Source: Roseibacillus sp. (GTDB lineage: Bacteria; Verrucomicrobiota; Verrucomicrobiia; Verrucomicrobiales; Akkermansiaceae). Taken from it: a stretch of 64,000 nucleotides of DNA. The notes beneath the pieces were generated by a model. That model had not been told where the DNA came from, did no database searches, and worked only from the letters and a program-made list of their open reading frames with translations. Made by a program: the position numbers and the translations under genes. Positions 37,499-47,172 of this stretch are shown here, piece by piece. The stretch spans positions 544,001 through 608,000 of the forward strand of contig CBDEUM010000014.1 of the NCBI GenBank assembly GCA_965242925.1, in the 5' to 3' direction. Every line of letters starts with the position of its first letter. The first letter of the stretch is position 1.

Positions 37499-38137
37499 CT
37501 ACAGTTTATACCTGAGCTCCAGCGTGATTTGCTTCTCCTTCTCAACCTGGGTGTCCCCACCAACCTGTGTTTCATAACTGAGGAGGATTGCCATTCGCTC
37601 GTTCAGTCGATAACCAGCAACGATCTCAAGAAGATCGAAATCCTCTTCCGGGAGGTCGACCGGGACGCCTCGATCCAGCTGGTTTGTTCCGGTCTCGATC
37701 GCAAAAACGCGCATATAGTTTACTCCACCGAAGAAGGCCTCTCTTTCCCAGCAAAGAGCCACGTTCGCCAGCACTCCATCGGTCTCAACCGCCCCGTCGA
37801 AAATGTTCTGGTTGCCGTAGCCTACCCCCAGATGCAGGGAAACCTCGTCCGTGAGATCCATCTTCCCATCTACGGTCAGTCTAAAATCCTGGTAGATATC
37901 CGTATCGGCGGCCTCGTAACGGGCATTCACGCTGAGAAGATCCGTGAACTGGTACCCTCCACCAACTCGAAAGCCTTCTCCATCGGCGGAAAGACCAGTG
38001 CCGGCAATCGTGCCAACCCCGTGTATGAGCCCCGCCTTCAGGTGGAACTCTCCAGTGGTTTCGTTCGCGCCGATTTCTGCGTGGGCAGCAGCCATTCCGA
38101 AAACGCCAGCAGTAAGGAGGAGGGTTATCTGTTTCAT
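37499..38137 (-). CDS. Outer-membrane beta-barrel protein
   Basis: Signal peptide ending AHA, alternating amphipathic strands, C-terminal LELRYKL. Confidence 0.7.
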   Translation of the reverse strand: MKQITLLLTAGVFGMAAAHAEIGANETTGEFHLKAGLIHGVGTIAGTGLSADGEGFRVGGGYQFTDLLSVNARYEAADTDIYQDFRLTVDGKMDLTDEVSLHLGVGYGNQNIFDGAVETDGVLANVALCWEREAFFGGVNYMRVFAIETGTNQLDRGVPVDLPEEDFDLLEIVAGYRLNERMAILLSYETQVGGDTQVEKEKQITLELRYKL

Positions 38138-38224
38138 AAAGGTTGCGGTCGTCCGTAATATTGCCCTGAATGTAAAGACCGCAATCGGGGCCTCTCCATT
38201 TAGTTCGCTCTTCGGCCGTAATAT

Positions 38225-39856
38225 TTGAATCCATTCATGTTCCGCGTTTGCTCACTCCCCGGGATCTTATTCCCCCTGGATACTCCGCCCCTGCTGCCTC
38301 CCAGACTCCTTTTGCTGCCGTTCTTTCTCGGCCTCGTCGCGACCACTGCCGCGGCCGCCCCGAAGCCCAATGTCCTGCTCATCATGGCGGACGACCTGGG
38401 CTACTCGGACCTTGGGTGTTACGGGGGGGAGATCCGCACGCCCCACCTCGATGCCCTTGCCAGGGGCGGCCTGCGCTACACCCAGTTCTACAACACCGCC
38501 CGGTGCTGGCCCACCCGCGCGGCCCTCCTGACCGGTTACTACGCCCAGCAGGTTCGCCGCGACAACCTGCCCGGCGCAAAGAACCGCGGCACCCGGCCCT
38601 CCTGGGCCCCACTCGTCCCGGTCAATCTCAAGCAAGGCGGATACCGTTGCTACCACGCCGGCAAATGGCACCTCGATGGAATGCCCCTGCAGAATGGTTT
38701 CGACCACTCCTACTACCTCAAGGACCAGAGCCGCTTCTTCAGCCCGCAGGTGCACTGGAAGGACGACGTGAAACTGCCCCCGGTGAAGCGGGAGTCCGGC
38801 TTCTACGGGACCATCGCAGTGGCCGATGCCGCCATCGACCATCTCAAGGAACACGCCACCAGTCACGGGGACAAACCCTTCTTTCAGTACGTGGCCTTCG
38901 CCGCGCCCCATTTTCCTCTCCATGCCCTCCCGGAAGACATCGCCCCGTGCAGGAATCGCTACGCCGCGGGCTGGGACAGGATCCGAGCCCAACGCTGGCA
39001 GCGGGTGCAGAAGCTCGACCTCGTGCAGGGCTCGCTCCCGGCAGTGGAACGGGAGATCGGTCCCCCCTATCACTTCCCCGAACACCTCAGGATCCTCGGT
39101 CCGGGCGAGGTCAACCGCCCCCTCCCCTGGGCCGATCTCAGCAACAACCAGAAGAAGCTCCAGCAGGCCAAGATGGCGATCCATGCCGCCATGGTGGAAC
39201 GGATGGACAAGGAGATCGGACGCATCCTCAAACAGCTGCGCGCCATGAAGTCCTGGGAAAACACCCTCGTCATCTTTCTCTCCGACAACGGGGCCAGTGC
39301 CGAGATCATGGTGCGCGCCGATGGACATGACCCCGCGGCGGAGGCGGGCTCAGCCGCCACCTATCTCTGCCTGGGGCCCGGCTGGTCCACGGCCTGTAAC
39401 ACTCCCTTCCGTCGGCACAAGACCTGGGTTCACGAGGGAGGCTGCGCCACCCCCTTCATCCTCCACTGGCCCGCGGGCATCAAAGGGCACAACGCCCTGC
39501 GCCGCACCCCCGCCCACGTCATCGACGTCGCGCCGACGCTCCTGGATCTCGCCGGGCTCACTCCGCAGCGCAGGGTTCCCTCCCCGGGACGCTCCCTGAA
39601 AGGCACCTTCCCGTCCGACGGAAGGCCGCTCCACGAGGAACTCTGGTGGCTTCACGAGGGCCACCGCGCCCTGCGCCAGGGGGACTGGAAACTGGTGGCC
39701 GCCAAGGGGGACCCGTGGGAACTGTTCAATCTCTCCAAGGACCGGACCGAAACCCGTGATCTGGCCGGCAGCCATCCTGAGCGGGTCGCTGCGATGGAAA
39801 AGCGTTGGAACAACCTTGCGGAATCTTTCCGGGAAACCCTCAAGGACAACCGATAG
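38225..39856 (+). CDS. Secreted arylsulfatase (AtsA-like); true start probably a little downstream
   Basis: PNVLLIMADDLGYSDLGCYG, CWPTRAALLTG, GKWHL, PHFPLHA, SDNG, NTPFRRHK. Confidence 0.92.
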   Translation: MNPFMFRVCSLPGILFPLDTPPLLPPRLLLLPFFLGLVATTAAAAPKPNVLLIMADDLGYSDLGCYGGEIRTPHLDALARGGLRYTQFYNTARCWPTRAALLTGYYAQQVRRDNLPGAKNRGTRPSWAPLVPVNLKQGGYRCYHAGKWHLDGMPLQNGFDHSYYLKDQSRFFSPQVHWKDDVKLPPVKRESGFYGTIAVADAAIDHLKEHATSHGDKPFFQYVAFAAPHFPLHALPEDIAPCRNRYAAGWDRIRAQRWQRVQKLDLVQGSLPAVEREIGPPYHFPEHLRILGPGEVNRPLPWADLSNNQKKLQQAKMAIHAAMVERMDKEIGRILKQLRAMKSWENTLVIFLSDNGASAEIMVRADGHDPAAEAGSAATYLCLGPGWSTACNTPFRRHKTWVHEGGCATPFILHWPAGIKGHNALRRTPAHVIDVAPTLLDLAGLTPQRRVPSPGRSLKGTFPSDGRPLHEELWWLHEGHRALRQGDWKLVAAKGDPWELFNLSKDRTETRDLAGSHPERVAAMEKRWNNLAESFRETLKDNR

Positions 39857-39886
39857 CGCAGCAGGGCTCTCCTCCAAAACTCGCTC

Positions 39887-39914
39887 TTGCATCAGGGACC
39901 GCCAACCCTAGAGT
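39887..39914 (+). promoter_or_regulatory. Putative sigma70 promoter of ffs
   Basis: TTGCAT-16 nt-TAGAGT, ending 6 nt before the first base of the RNA helix. Confidence 0.55.
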
Positions 39915-39920
39915 GCCCGC

Positions 39921-40010
39921 GCCAGGGGTCGTGGAGAGGCGGCTGGTGAAATCCGCCAGGTCCGAAAGGAAGCAACGGTAGCCTGTCCGACTTTGCCGCG
40001 GTCCCCTGGC
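39921..40010 (+). ncRNA. ffs: Signal recognition particle RNA (4.5S, small bacterial SRP)
   Basis: Helix-8 signature CCAGGTCCGAAAGGAAGCAACGG (compare E. coli TCAGGTCCGGAAGGAAGCAGC). The ends pair (GCCAGGGG...CCCCTGGC) to form one long hairpin. Confidence 0.92.
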
Positions 40011-40059
40011 ACTTCCCCGGCAACAATTACCCGACCCCGGCCGCTGGCCCCGCGGCGTT

Positions 40060-41454
40060 TCAGGCCACGATGTCGCGCAGGACCTTTCCGGCCACATCGG
40101 TGATCCGGAAGTCCCGCCCGGAGTGGAAGTAGGTGAGCTCCTCGTGGTTCAGTCCCATCAGGTGGAGGATGGTGGCGTGCAGGTCGTGAACATGGGCTTC
40201 GCCGCTGGTGACGTGAAATCCGAATTCGTCAGTGGCACCCTGCACCGTGCCTCCCTTGATCCCGCCTCCCGCCATCCAGGTTGAAAACCCGGCGGCGTGG
40301 TGATCGCGACCCCCGGTCCCCACCGGGGTCCGGCCAAACTCTCCCGCCCACACGATGAGGGTCTCGTCCAGCAACCCCCGGGCCTTCAGGTCGGCAAGGA
40401 GGCCCGCGATGGGCTTGTCGGTCTGGCCGCAGAGCTTCTGGTGTCGCTTATCGTTGTCGCCGTGGGTGTCCCAGTTGGAGTGATACAATTGCACGAAGCG
40501 GGTCCCCCGCTCAACGAGCCGGCGGGCCATGAGGCAGCTCTTACCGAAGCGGTCGGCCTCCCCCTCCCCGATGCCGTAGAGCTTCCGGGTGGCCTCGTTC
40601 TCCTGCGAGAGATCCACCGCTTCCGGGGCATGAGCCTGCATCCGGTAGGCCAGCTCGTAGGCCTCGATCCGGGCGGCGAGTTCGGAGTTCCCGGGCAGGT
40701 GACTCTGGTGCTCGTGGTTCCACTGAGCGAGGAGGTCCAGCTGGTCCCGTTGCGTTTCCGGTGACCGGTTCATGGCCGGGGTCAGGTTGGGCACCGGGGT
40801 CCCCGAGGTCTTGAAAACCGTGCCCTGGTAGCCGGAGGGCATGAAGCCTGCGCTCCAGTTCTGGGCCCCGGAGTATGGGGCCCCGTTCACCAGAACCACG
40901 AATCCCGGCATGTTGTTATTCGAGGACCCGAGACCATAATTGGCCCAGGATCCCAGACAGGGATGTCCCTGCCGGACAAAGCCGGTGTTCATCTGGAGGG
41001 AGGCCGCCCCGTGGGCGGCGCTATCTGCCTTGGTGGCACGAATAACCGCCATCTCGTCGACGTGTTCGCGCAGGTGGGGAAAGAGCTCGGAAACCTCGAT
41101 CCCGGATTGCCCGCAGGACTTGAACTTGAAGGGAGAGCCCTTGAGCTTGCCCTTTCCCTTCTGGCTTACCCCCTTGGCGGGCTTGAAATCATACTCTTCG
41201 CCATGCCGTTTGCTGAGGGCCGGCTTGGGGTCGAAGGTGTCCATGTGGCTCGGCCCTCCCACCATGAAAAGGAAGATGCAGTGCTTGGCCCGGGCAGGAA
41301 AGTGGGTGGAGGGCGTCGCCCCCCCGGCCCGCACCCCGTCCCGGGCCAGCATCCAGGCCATCGCCGTCCCGAAGAAGCCGTTGCCGGCCTGCCACAGGAA
41401 CTGCCGGCGGGTCCGGCCGCAGGGAAAGTTGAAGGGGCTGGCGGGGTTACTCAT
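40060..41454 (-). CDS. DUF1501 domain protein (Tat signal)
   Basis: TRRQFL, AKHCIFLFMVGGPSHMDTFDPKP, LVERGTRFVQ, WDTH, GEFGRTP, RDHH. Confidence 0.92.
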   Translation of the reverse strand: MSNPASPFNFPCGRTRRQFLWQAGNGFFGTAMAWMLARDGVRAGGATPSTHFPARAKHCIFLFMVGGPSHMDTFDPKPALSKRHGEEYDFKPAKGVSQKGKGKLKGSPFKFKSCGQSGIEVSELFPHLREHVDEMAVIRATKADSAAHGAASLQMNTGFVRQGHPCLGSWANYGLGSSNNNMPGFVVLVNGAPYSGAQNWSAGFMPSGYQGTVFKTSGTPVPNLTPAMNRSPETQRDQLDLLAQWNHEHQSHLPGNSELAARIEAYELAYRMQAHAPEAVDLSQENEATRKLYGIGEGEADRFGKSCLMARRLVERGTRFVQLYHSNWDTHGDNDKRHQKLCGQTDKPIAGLLADLKARGLLDETLIVWAGEFGRTPVGTGGRDHHAAGFSTWMAGGGIKGGTVQGATDEFGFHVTSGEAHVHDLHATILHLMGLNHEELTYFHSGRDFRITDVAGKVLRDIVA

Positions 41455-41459
41455 CGTTC

Positions 41460-43574
41460 CTAGCGGTAGCTGAACTCATTGGTATTGAAGAGCACCAGAG
41501 CAAGCGAGGCGAGCGGATCAATCTTCTGTTCGCGGGCTGCCTTGACGAGAAACCGCTTGGCCTGCTCCACTTCCCGGGTGGTCGGGGGGCGGCACAGGAT
41601 GAGGTCAAAGGCGGCCCGGATCCGGGCTGCCTCTCCCTCGGCCTCGCGAATGCGGTTTGCCAGGTGGACCGTCTGCTCGTTGATGAAGCGTCCGTTCATC
41701 ATCAGGAGAGACTGCACCGCGGTAGTTGAAACCGCGCGCTTGGCACAGCTGCAGGAGGAATCCGGGTTGTCCAGCACGGCTAGTTCCGGGAGCGGAATGG
41801 CGCGCTTGGCGAAGACATAAACGCTCCGCCGGGAGGCTTCCTCCTCGGTCGAGTTCTTCCAGTCCGCACCCGAGGAGGCCCCCACCACCTTGTCCGCGAA
41901 GGGTGGGTAGATGGGAGGTCCCTTCATCTCGAGATTCAGTTTGCCACTGGCCGCCAGCACCGAGTCCCGGATCGCCTCGGCCTCCAACCGGTGGAGAGGC
42001 CAGCGGGAATAGAGCGCATTGTCCGGATCCTTCCCAGGTTCCGGATGCGTGGCCGAAAGGCGGTAAGTAGACGAAAGCACGATCTGGCGGTGGAGGGGTT
42101 TCAGTTTCCACCCTCCCTTGATGAGGGAGTCTGCCAGCCAGTCCAGCAGGGCCGGGTGTGTCGGCTCTCCCCCTTCCGTTCCAAGATTGTTGCCGTCCTC
42201 TACCAGGCCCCGCCCGAAGTGATACTGCCAGATCCGGTTGGCCATTACCCGGGCCGCCAGCGAAGCCTGCGACCCCGTGATCCACTCAGCCAGAACCCGT
42301 CTGCGACCGGAGGATTGCCCGGTCGGACGCGGCTCCGGCAATCCGCCACCATCCAGAACCACCGGCACCCCGAAGGGGATTTCCTCTCCCTTCTGATGCA
42401 CGTCTCCCCGGACCCGGAGCTGGGTGGGTTTGGGCCCGGCATTCCCGGGATAGACCCAGCCCATTATCGGCTGGGGCCTGTCCTTCTCCACGGTTTTCAG
42501 GTCCTGCTCGTGCTCGGCAATTTTACTGCGCTCCTCCTCCGTCGCCACCTCGCGGACCGCGGACCGCACCCGGTTACGCTCCTTCTCCAGCATGTTACGC
42601 TGCTCCTTGGAGCGCTTGTCCGGGCTCAGGGGAATAGCCTCAATCGTCAGGGTCAGCTGTTTCTCATTCAACTTCGCCTTCTGCCCCTCCGGCAGCCCCC
42701 CCTGCGACCACCTCTTGAGAATCGGCAACCAGAACTGCTCCTCTGCCTTGCGCCGGGGCTCCAGCGTTTCCCGCCGGTAGACCTCCTCCGCCTCCCGGTG
42801 CCGCTTCCGGTCCTCCTCGGTCCCGAGTTGCCGTTCCTTGCTGGTCACATTCAGGGACTCAAAGGCGGCCAGGACCCGGTAGTAATCCTTCTGGCTGAAG
42901 GGCTCGAACTTGTGGTCGTGACAGCGCGCACATTGCAGGGTCTGGCCGAGGAACGCCATCGAGGTCGTCGCTACGATGTCATCCAGAGTATCGTAGACCG
43001 CCACCTCCCGGTCAGCCGCGATGGTATCGAAGGTCCCGAGGGCCAGGAAGGTGGTCGCCAGCTGGGTCTCGATCGTAACGTTGTCGAGTTCATCGCCGGC
43101 AAGCTGCTCAAGAATAAACTGGTCGTAGGGCTTGTCCCGGTTGAAAGACTCGATGACGTAATCCCGATACCGCCAGACAAACTTCTTGTACTCGTCCCGC
43201 TCGTAGCCGGTCGACTCGGCATAGCGAACAACATCCAGCCAATGGCGCCCCCACCGCTCCCCGTACTGGGGCCGACTGAGGAGATCGTCAACAACCCGGG
43301 CGTAGGCCTCATCCCCGGGTTCACGAAGGAACTTCTCCACTTCCGCCGGGGTGGGGGGCAGCCCGGTCAGGTCCAGGTGGACCCGGCGCAGGAGCGCCCG
43401 GGGATCCGCTTCCGGGGCCGGCTTGACACCCGCCTCGACCATCCGCGTGAAGATGAAATGGTCCACCGGCGTGCGAGCCTGCCCTCCCGCCGGATCAGGC
43501 AGGGCTGGTTGCTCCAGTTCGCTCCAGGCCCAATGGCCCTCACCCTCCGGGTCTGCCGTCCCGGGGCCCGCCAT
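41460..43574 (-). CDS. DUF1549/DUF1553 (PSD1-type) protein; frame extends to 43634
   Basis: HWAW, LLRRVHLDLTGLPP, YGERWGRHWLDVVRYA, CARCHDHK, NRIWQYHFGRG, RRSVY, NTNEF. Confidence 0.92.
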   Translation of the reverse strand: MAGPGTADPEGEGHWAWSELEQPALPDPAGGQARTPVDHFIFTRMVEAGVKPAPEADPRALLRRVHLDLTGLPPTPAEVEKFLREPGDEAYARVVDDLLSRPQYGERWGRHWLDVVRYAESTGYERDEYKKFVWRYRDYVIESFNRDKPYDQFILEQLAGDELDNVTIETQLATTFLALGTFDTIAADREVAVYDTLDDIVATTSMAFLGQTLQCARCHDHKFEPFSQKDYYRVLAAFESLNVTSKERQLGTEEDRKRHREAEEVYRRETLEPRRKAEEQFWLPILKRWSQGGLPEGQKAKLNEKQLTLTIEAIPLSPDKRSKEQRNMLEKERNRVRSAVREVATEEERSKIAEHEQDLKTVEKDRPQPIMGWVYPGNAGPKPTQLRVRGDVHQKGEEIPFGVPVVLDGGGLPEPRPTGQSSGRRRVLAEWITGSQASLAARVMANRIWQYHFGRGLVEDGNNLGTEGGEPTHPALLDWLADSLIKGGWKLKPLHRQIVLSSTYRLSATHPEPGKDPDNALYSRWPLHRLEAEAIRDSVLAASGKLNLEMKGPPIYPPFADKVVGASSGADWKNSTEEEASRRSVYVFAKRAIPLPELAVLDNPDSSCSCAKRAVSTTAVQSLLMMNGRFINEQTVHLANRIREAEGEAARIRAAFDLILCRPPTTREVEQAKRFLVKAAREQKIDPLASLALVLFNTNEFSYR

Positions 43575-43680
43575 TGAAACGAGGGGCAGAAGGCCCCCGA
43601 TGACTGCCGTGCATCTGGTAATGGATCTTCCGATGCCCTATAATACACCCCCCGTAAAGCCTTGCTTTCAGGACTTTACG

Positions 43681-44724
43681 CTACCTTGGAGTCCCCTCTT
43701 CGGGCTCATGCTTCGTCCAGATCCTCGTATTGAGGTTCAGGTCCTCCACGATCTCAAAACAGGCCGATAGCTGGTTGAGCAAGCCACGGACCTGGTCGGG
43801 AGAGGAGGCAGGTCGCGAGAACTTTGGTTCAAACCAATCCTTCGTGCTGGGTATAGCAATAAAGACCTGGGGGCCCCTGAACGCCAATCGCAGATCCTTT
43901 CCGAGGCGGGTGCGCAAGGTCAGGATCTGCTTCTGCATCTCAGGGGTCAGGATGTAACTGGCCTCCAAGGGATCCGTAGCACGCACCACAAAGGCCTTTT
44001 CGAATTCCGGGTTTTCGCCCCGTAAAAGGTGTTCTCCATGGTCTGTCCCCAGTTTCTGGAAGGCCCGCCCCAGCCACCCAAAATGCTTCTCGGCGAAGTC
44101 CGGGATCACGAATACATCCCCCTGAAGCTCCCCGGGGAAGGCAGCAACCGCGAGCAGGCCGTCAAAAATCGTCTTCGTAGATGTTCGTGTCTCCCCATCG
44201 CTCCGGTAAGTGGTCTCATTTTGGACCAGGATTTCACCGATCTGGAAATCGGTCTCCCCGATGTAGCCCGTTAGATAGTCCTCGCTCTCATAGACGTTGT
44301 ATTCCTGCTTGTAGAGGCCGCTGTTATAGAACCAGTGTTGTCCGAAATTTCCTTCACTGTAGTAGGCCATATCCGGCTGGATACTCCGAACCAGAGCAGG
44401 AATCACCTGGCTCTTGTAGGCAGCGCGGTAGCGGGCACCCGGCCCGAACACAAAGAGCGAGCACAGGACAAGCGTTCCGATGAGCGCTAACGCCCCGAGG
44501 GCAGACAAGCGGTCGGAATCACCGGTCCCCAACTTCAGCGACGCGGCGACCATGGTGAGGCTAAACCATCCACAAAGAACCGTGGCGAGCACGGCCACTC
44601 TCTTTTTCCGCAGCTCCTTCCGGCGAATGGCCTCGAGTTGGTGGAACTCGTCGGAAAGTCCCGTCACCAGGGTGTCCTGCCTCGGTGCGTCGCTAACGCC
44701 TTTGGCCTCGCTAGATCTGGACAT
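43681..44724 (-). CDS. DUF3137 domain membrane protein
   Basis: Two TM segments, ED...G, IFDGL, ENPEFEKAFVV, ASYILTP, LNLNTRIW. Coupled to lemA. Confidence 0.8.
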   Translation of the reverse strand: MSRSSEAKGVSDAPRQDTLVTGLSDEFHQLEAIRRKELRKKRVAVLATVLCGWFSLTMVAASLKLGTGDSDRLSALGALALIGTLVLCSLFVFGPGARYRAAYKSQVIPALVRSIQPDMAYYSEGNFGQHWFYNSGLYKQEYNVYESEDYLTGYIGETDFQIGEILVQNETTYRSDGETRTSTKTIFDGLLAVAAFPGELQGDVFVIPDFAEKHFGWLGRAFQKLGTDHGEHLLRGENPEFEKAFVVRATDPLEASYILTPEMQKQILTLRTRLGKDLRLAFRGPQVFIAIPSTKDWFEPKFSRPASSPDQVRGLLNQLSACFEIVEDLNLNTRIWTKHEPEEGTPR

Positions 44725-45268
44725 CCGTCACCTTGCGTTGGCTCTCGGGAGTTTCAAACCAGTCCTGCACCCGGAATCCGCAGATTCCCGCCATCACGCT
44801 CCCGGGGAACACCTCCACCCCCTCATTCCATGCCGTGACCGCCGCATTAAAGGCCCGCCGGGACGCCGCGATCTGGGATTCCACCTCGGTCAGGTTCCGC
44901 TGCAAATTGAGAAACTGCTCCCCCGCTTTGAGCTCCGGATAGTCTTCGGCCAGCATCATCACCTGGGAGACTTCGGCCCCCAGATCCTGTTCGTAATTGA
45001 ACCGCTCCGGGCTGTCCGATTCGACCGACTCGATCCCCCGACGAGCCCTCGTCACCCTTTCGAACACCCCCTTCTCATGCGAGGCGTAGGCGCGGACCGT
45101 CTCAACGAGCTGCGGAACGAGATCCCAGCGCTTCTTGAGCTGGACATCGATGGAGGCGAAGGCGTTGCGCAGCCGGTTCCGACGACTCACGAAGCCGTTG
45201 TACATCAGGACCAGGATGAGGAGAATGATCCCCAGCAGAATCCCCAACGTTATCAAAAGCGGTCCCAT
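44711..45268 (-). CDS. lemA: LemA family protein
   Basis: Start probably ATG 45268; TM segment, YN, IDVQLKKRWDLVPQLVETV..Y..HE, EDYPELKA, RRAFN, FP. Confidence 0.93.
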   Translation of the reverse strand: MGPLLITLGILLGIILLILVLMYNGFVSRRNRLRNAFASIDVQLKKRWDLVPQLVETVRAYASHEKGVFERVTRARRGIESVESDSPERFNYEQDLGAEVSQVMMLAEDYPELKAGEQFLNLQRNLTEVESQIAASRRAFNAAVTAWNEGVEVFPGSVMAGICGFRVQDWFETPESQRKVTDVQI

Positions 45269-45395
45269 TCGCCCATTAATACGCTTTGCTGAATTAATTC
45301 TCCACCAATAATTTAATGCCTGTTGTCCTCGAATCAGCGCCGTGGGACAAGACTCCCTCTCCGACTTGGGGTTATCAAACGGTGCCTTTCGACAT

Positions 45396-46289
45396 CTACT
45401 TGCCCAGTTCAATCACAGCAGCCACCGGCCAGTGATCGGACGGCACCATCTTCTCCTTCATGTGGTACTCGATCCAAGCCCTCCTGGTTTTCCAGCCGGA
45501 GGAGACCAGGACGTGGTCGATCATGCGGGAGCCCGGCACGAATCCCTTCCAGTGGTTGAAGGTGTTGCGATCCTTGACCTCGGGATGGAGTTCGAGAAAC
45601 GTGTCCCGCAGGGGGGGCTTCCACTGTTCCGGCGTCTTTCCCCCCGCCAGCTCAACCTTCCGGCCGAGAAGGTAGGCCACCCCCGGATTGGTCTCGGTGG
45701 CATTGAAGTCCCCGGTCACCACCACCGGTTCCCCCGGATGCTTACGTCCTTCGATGCGCTGCGCCATCAGGCGGCCCGCCTTTTCGCGAGATGGCTGGTT
45801 CTGGTGGTCCCAGTGCGTGTTGTAGAAGTAGAAGGCCTTGCCGGTCTTCTTGTCCACCAGCCGCGCCCAAGTGCAGATCCTGGTCACCTGGTTGCCCCAG
45901 CTCCTGGATCCGGCCTTCTTCGGCGTGTCGCTGAGCCAGAAGGTCCCCCCTTCCCTGGGATCCCGCTCCAGACGTTCCTTGCGGATGAAGAGCGCGGAAT
46001 ACTCTCCCCTGTTCTTTCCGTCGTCGCGACCGACCCCGAACCATTGATAATCGGCCAGTTCTGCTGCGAGATACGCCATCTGCTTTGGCAGCGCTTCCTG
46101 CACGCCGAAGAGATCAGGATTGATCTTGCGAATGGTCTCCACCACCAGGCCCCTTCGTGCGTTCCAGCTCCGGAGTCCCAAGTCCCCCCTGGCGGCCTGA
46201 CGGATGTTGAAGGTCGCGACCGTGAGCTCGGCCGCCGAAGGAACGGAGACCAGGGCGAGGGCAAGGGAAAATAGGACGGGACGAAGCAT
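45396..46289 (-). CDS. Secreted endonuclease/exonuclease/phosphatase family protein
   Basis: TFNIR, GVQE, FWLSDTP, NTHWDH, TGDFN, IDHV, SDHWPV. Confidence 0.92.
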   Translation of the reverse strand: MLRPVLFSLALALVSVPSAAELTVATFNIRQAARGDLGLRSWNARRGLVVETIRKINPDLFGVQEALPKQMAYLAAELADYQWFGVGRDDGKNRGEYSALFIRKERLERDPREGGTFWLSDTPKKAGSRSWGNQVTRICTWARLVDKKTGKAFYFYNTHWDHQNQPSREKAGRLMAQRIEGRKHPGEPVVVTGDFNATETNPGVAYLLGRKVELAGGKTPEQWKPPLRDTFLELHPEVKDRNTFNHWKGFVPGSRMIDHVLVSSGWKTRRAWIEYHMKEKMVPSDHWPVAAVIELGK

Positions 46290-46296
46290 GGAGGAA

Positions 46297-46326
46297 ATGC
46301 TACCTGGGGCCGACCCGTCTGTTCAA
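46297..46326 (-). promoter_or_regulatory. Putative sigma70-type promoter (leaderless arrangement)
   Basis: TTGAAC-18 nt-TAGCAT-7 nt-ATG(46289). Confidence 0.5.
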
Positions 46327-46329
46327 GGC

Positions 46330-47136
46330 ATGCCTTCAGCACTTGCATTCTTCTTCCTGGCCTGCGTCACAACTGCAACCGCCGCATGGCCTGAGGGCAA
46401 ACGCTCCGAGTGGCAAGGGTATGAGCGCCTCGACTTCCTCCTGCCCGGGGACGGGGCCCGCTGCATCGTGGTCACGCCCAAGGCCCCGGCCGAAGGCCGC
46501 CCCTGGATCTGGCGTGCCCGCTTCTGGGGACACCAGCCCGCCCTCGATCTCCTCCTCCTCGCCAAGGGTTTTCATCTCGCCTACTGCGAGGTGGGCGGAC
46601 TCTTCGGCGCACCCGCCGCAGTGGAGCGGTGGAACAAGTTTCACGCCCTTGCGGTCAAGCAGGGGCTCTCGGCCCGGCCCGTCCTGGAAGGGATGTCACG
46701 GGGCGGCCTGATGATCGTGAACTGGGCCTCCGCAAACCCGGAAAAGGTCGCCGCCCTTTATGGCGACAACCCGGTCTGCAATTTCAACTCCTGGCCCGGG
46801 GGGAAAAATGGCAAGTTTTCCAAGGGCGACTGGCAGCGCTGTCTCAAGGCCTACGGTGTCGCTGCGGAGGCTGCCCCGCAGCACCGCCAGCCCCTCAGCC
46901 CGGAAACCCTCAGGCCTCTCGCCCGCGAGAAGGTGCCGGTGGCCCTGGTCCTCGGGCTGGCGGACAAGGTCGTCCCGGTGGCCGAGAACGGGGAGCTCCT
47001 CGCCCGCAATTACCAGGCCCTCGGCGGTCCGGTCAGGATCTGGCGAAAGCCGGGGAAGGGGCACCATCCCCACGGTCTGCATCCCCCGGACGAGCTCGCG
47101 GCCTGGTTGCTCAAGGCTATCAAGGCTGAATTTTGA
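46330..47136 (+). CDS. Secreted alpha/beta hydrolase
   Basis: Signal peptide from ATG 46330; nucleophile elbow GMSRGG, D in GLADKVVP, GHHPHG. Confidence 0.85.
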   Translation: MPSALAFFFLACVTTATAAWPEGKRSEWQGYERLDFLLPGDGARCIVVTPKAPAEGRPWIWRARFWGHQPALDLLLLAKGFHLAYCEVGGLFGAPAAVERWNKFHALAVKQGLSARPVLEGMSRGGLMIVNWASANPEKVAALYGDNPVCNFNSWPGGKNGKFSKGDWQRCLKAYGVAAEAAPQHRQPLSPETLRPLAREKVPVALVLGLADKVVPVAENGELLARNYQALGGPVRIWRKPGKGHHPHGLHPPDELAAWLLKAIKAEF

Positions 47137-47172
47137 CCTTGAGGGGCCACCCGTCCACCCCATCTTGCGTCC

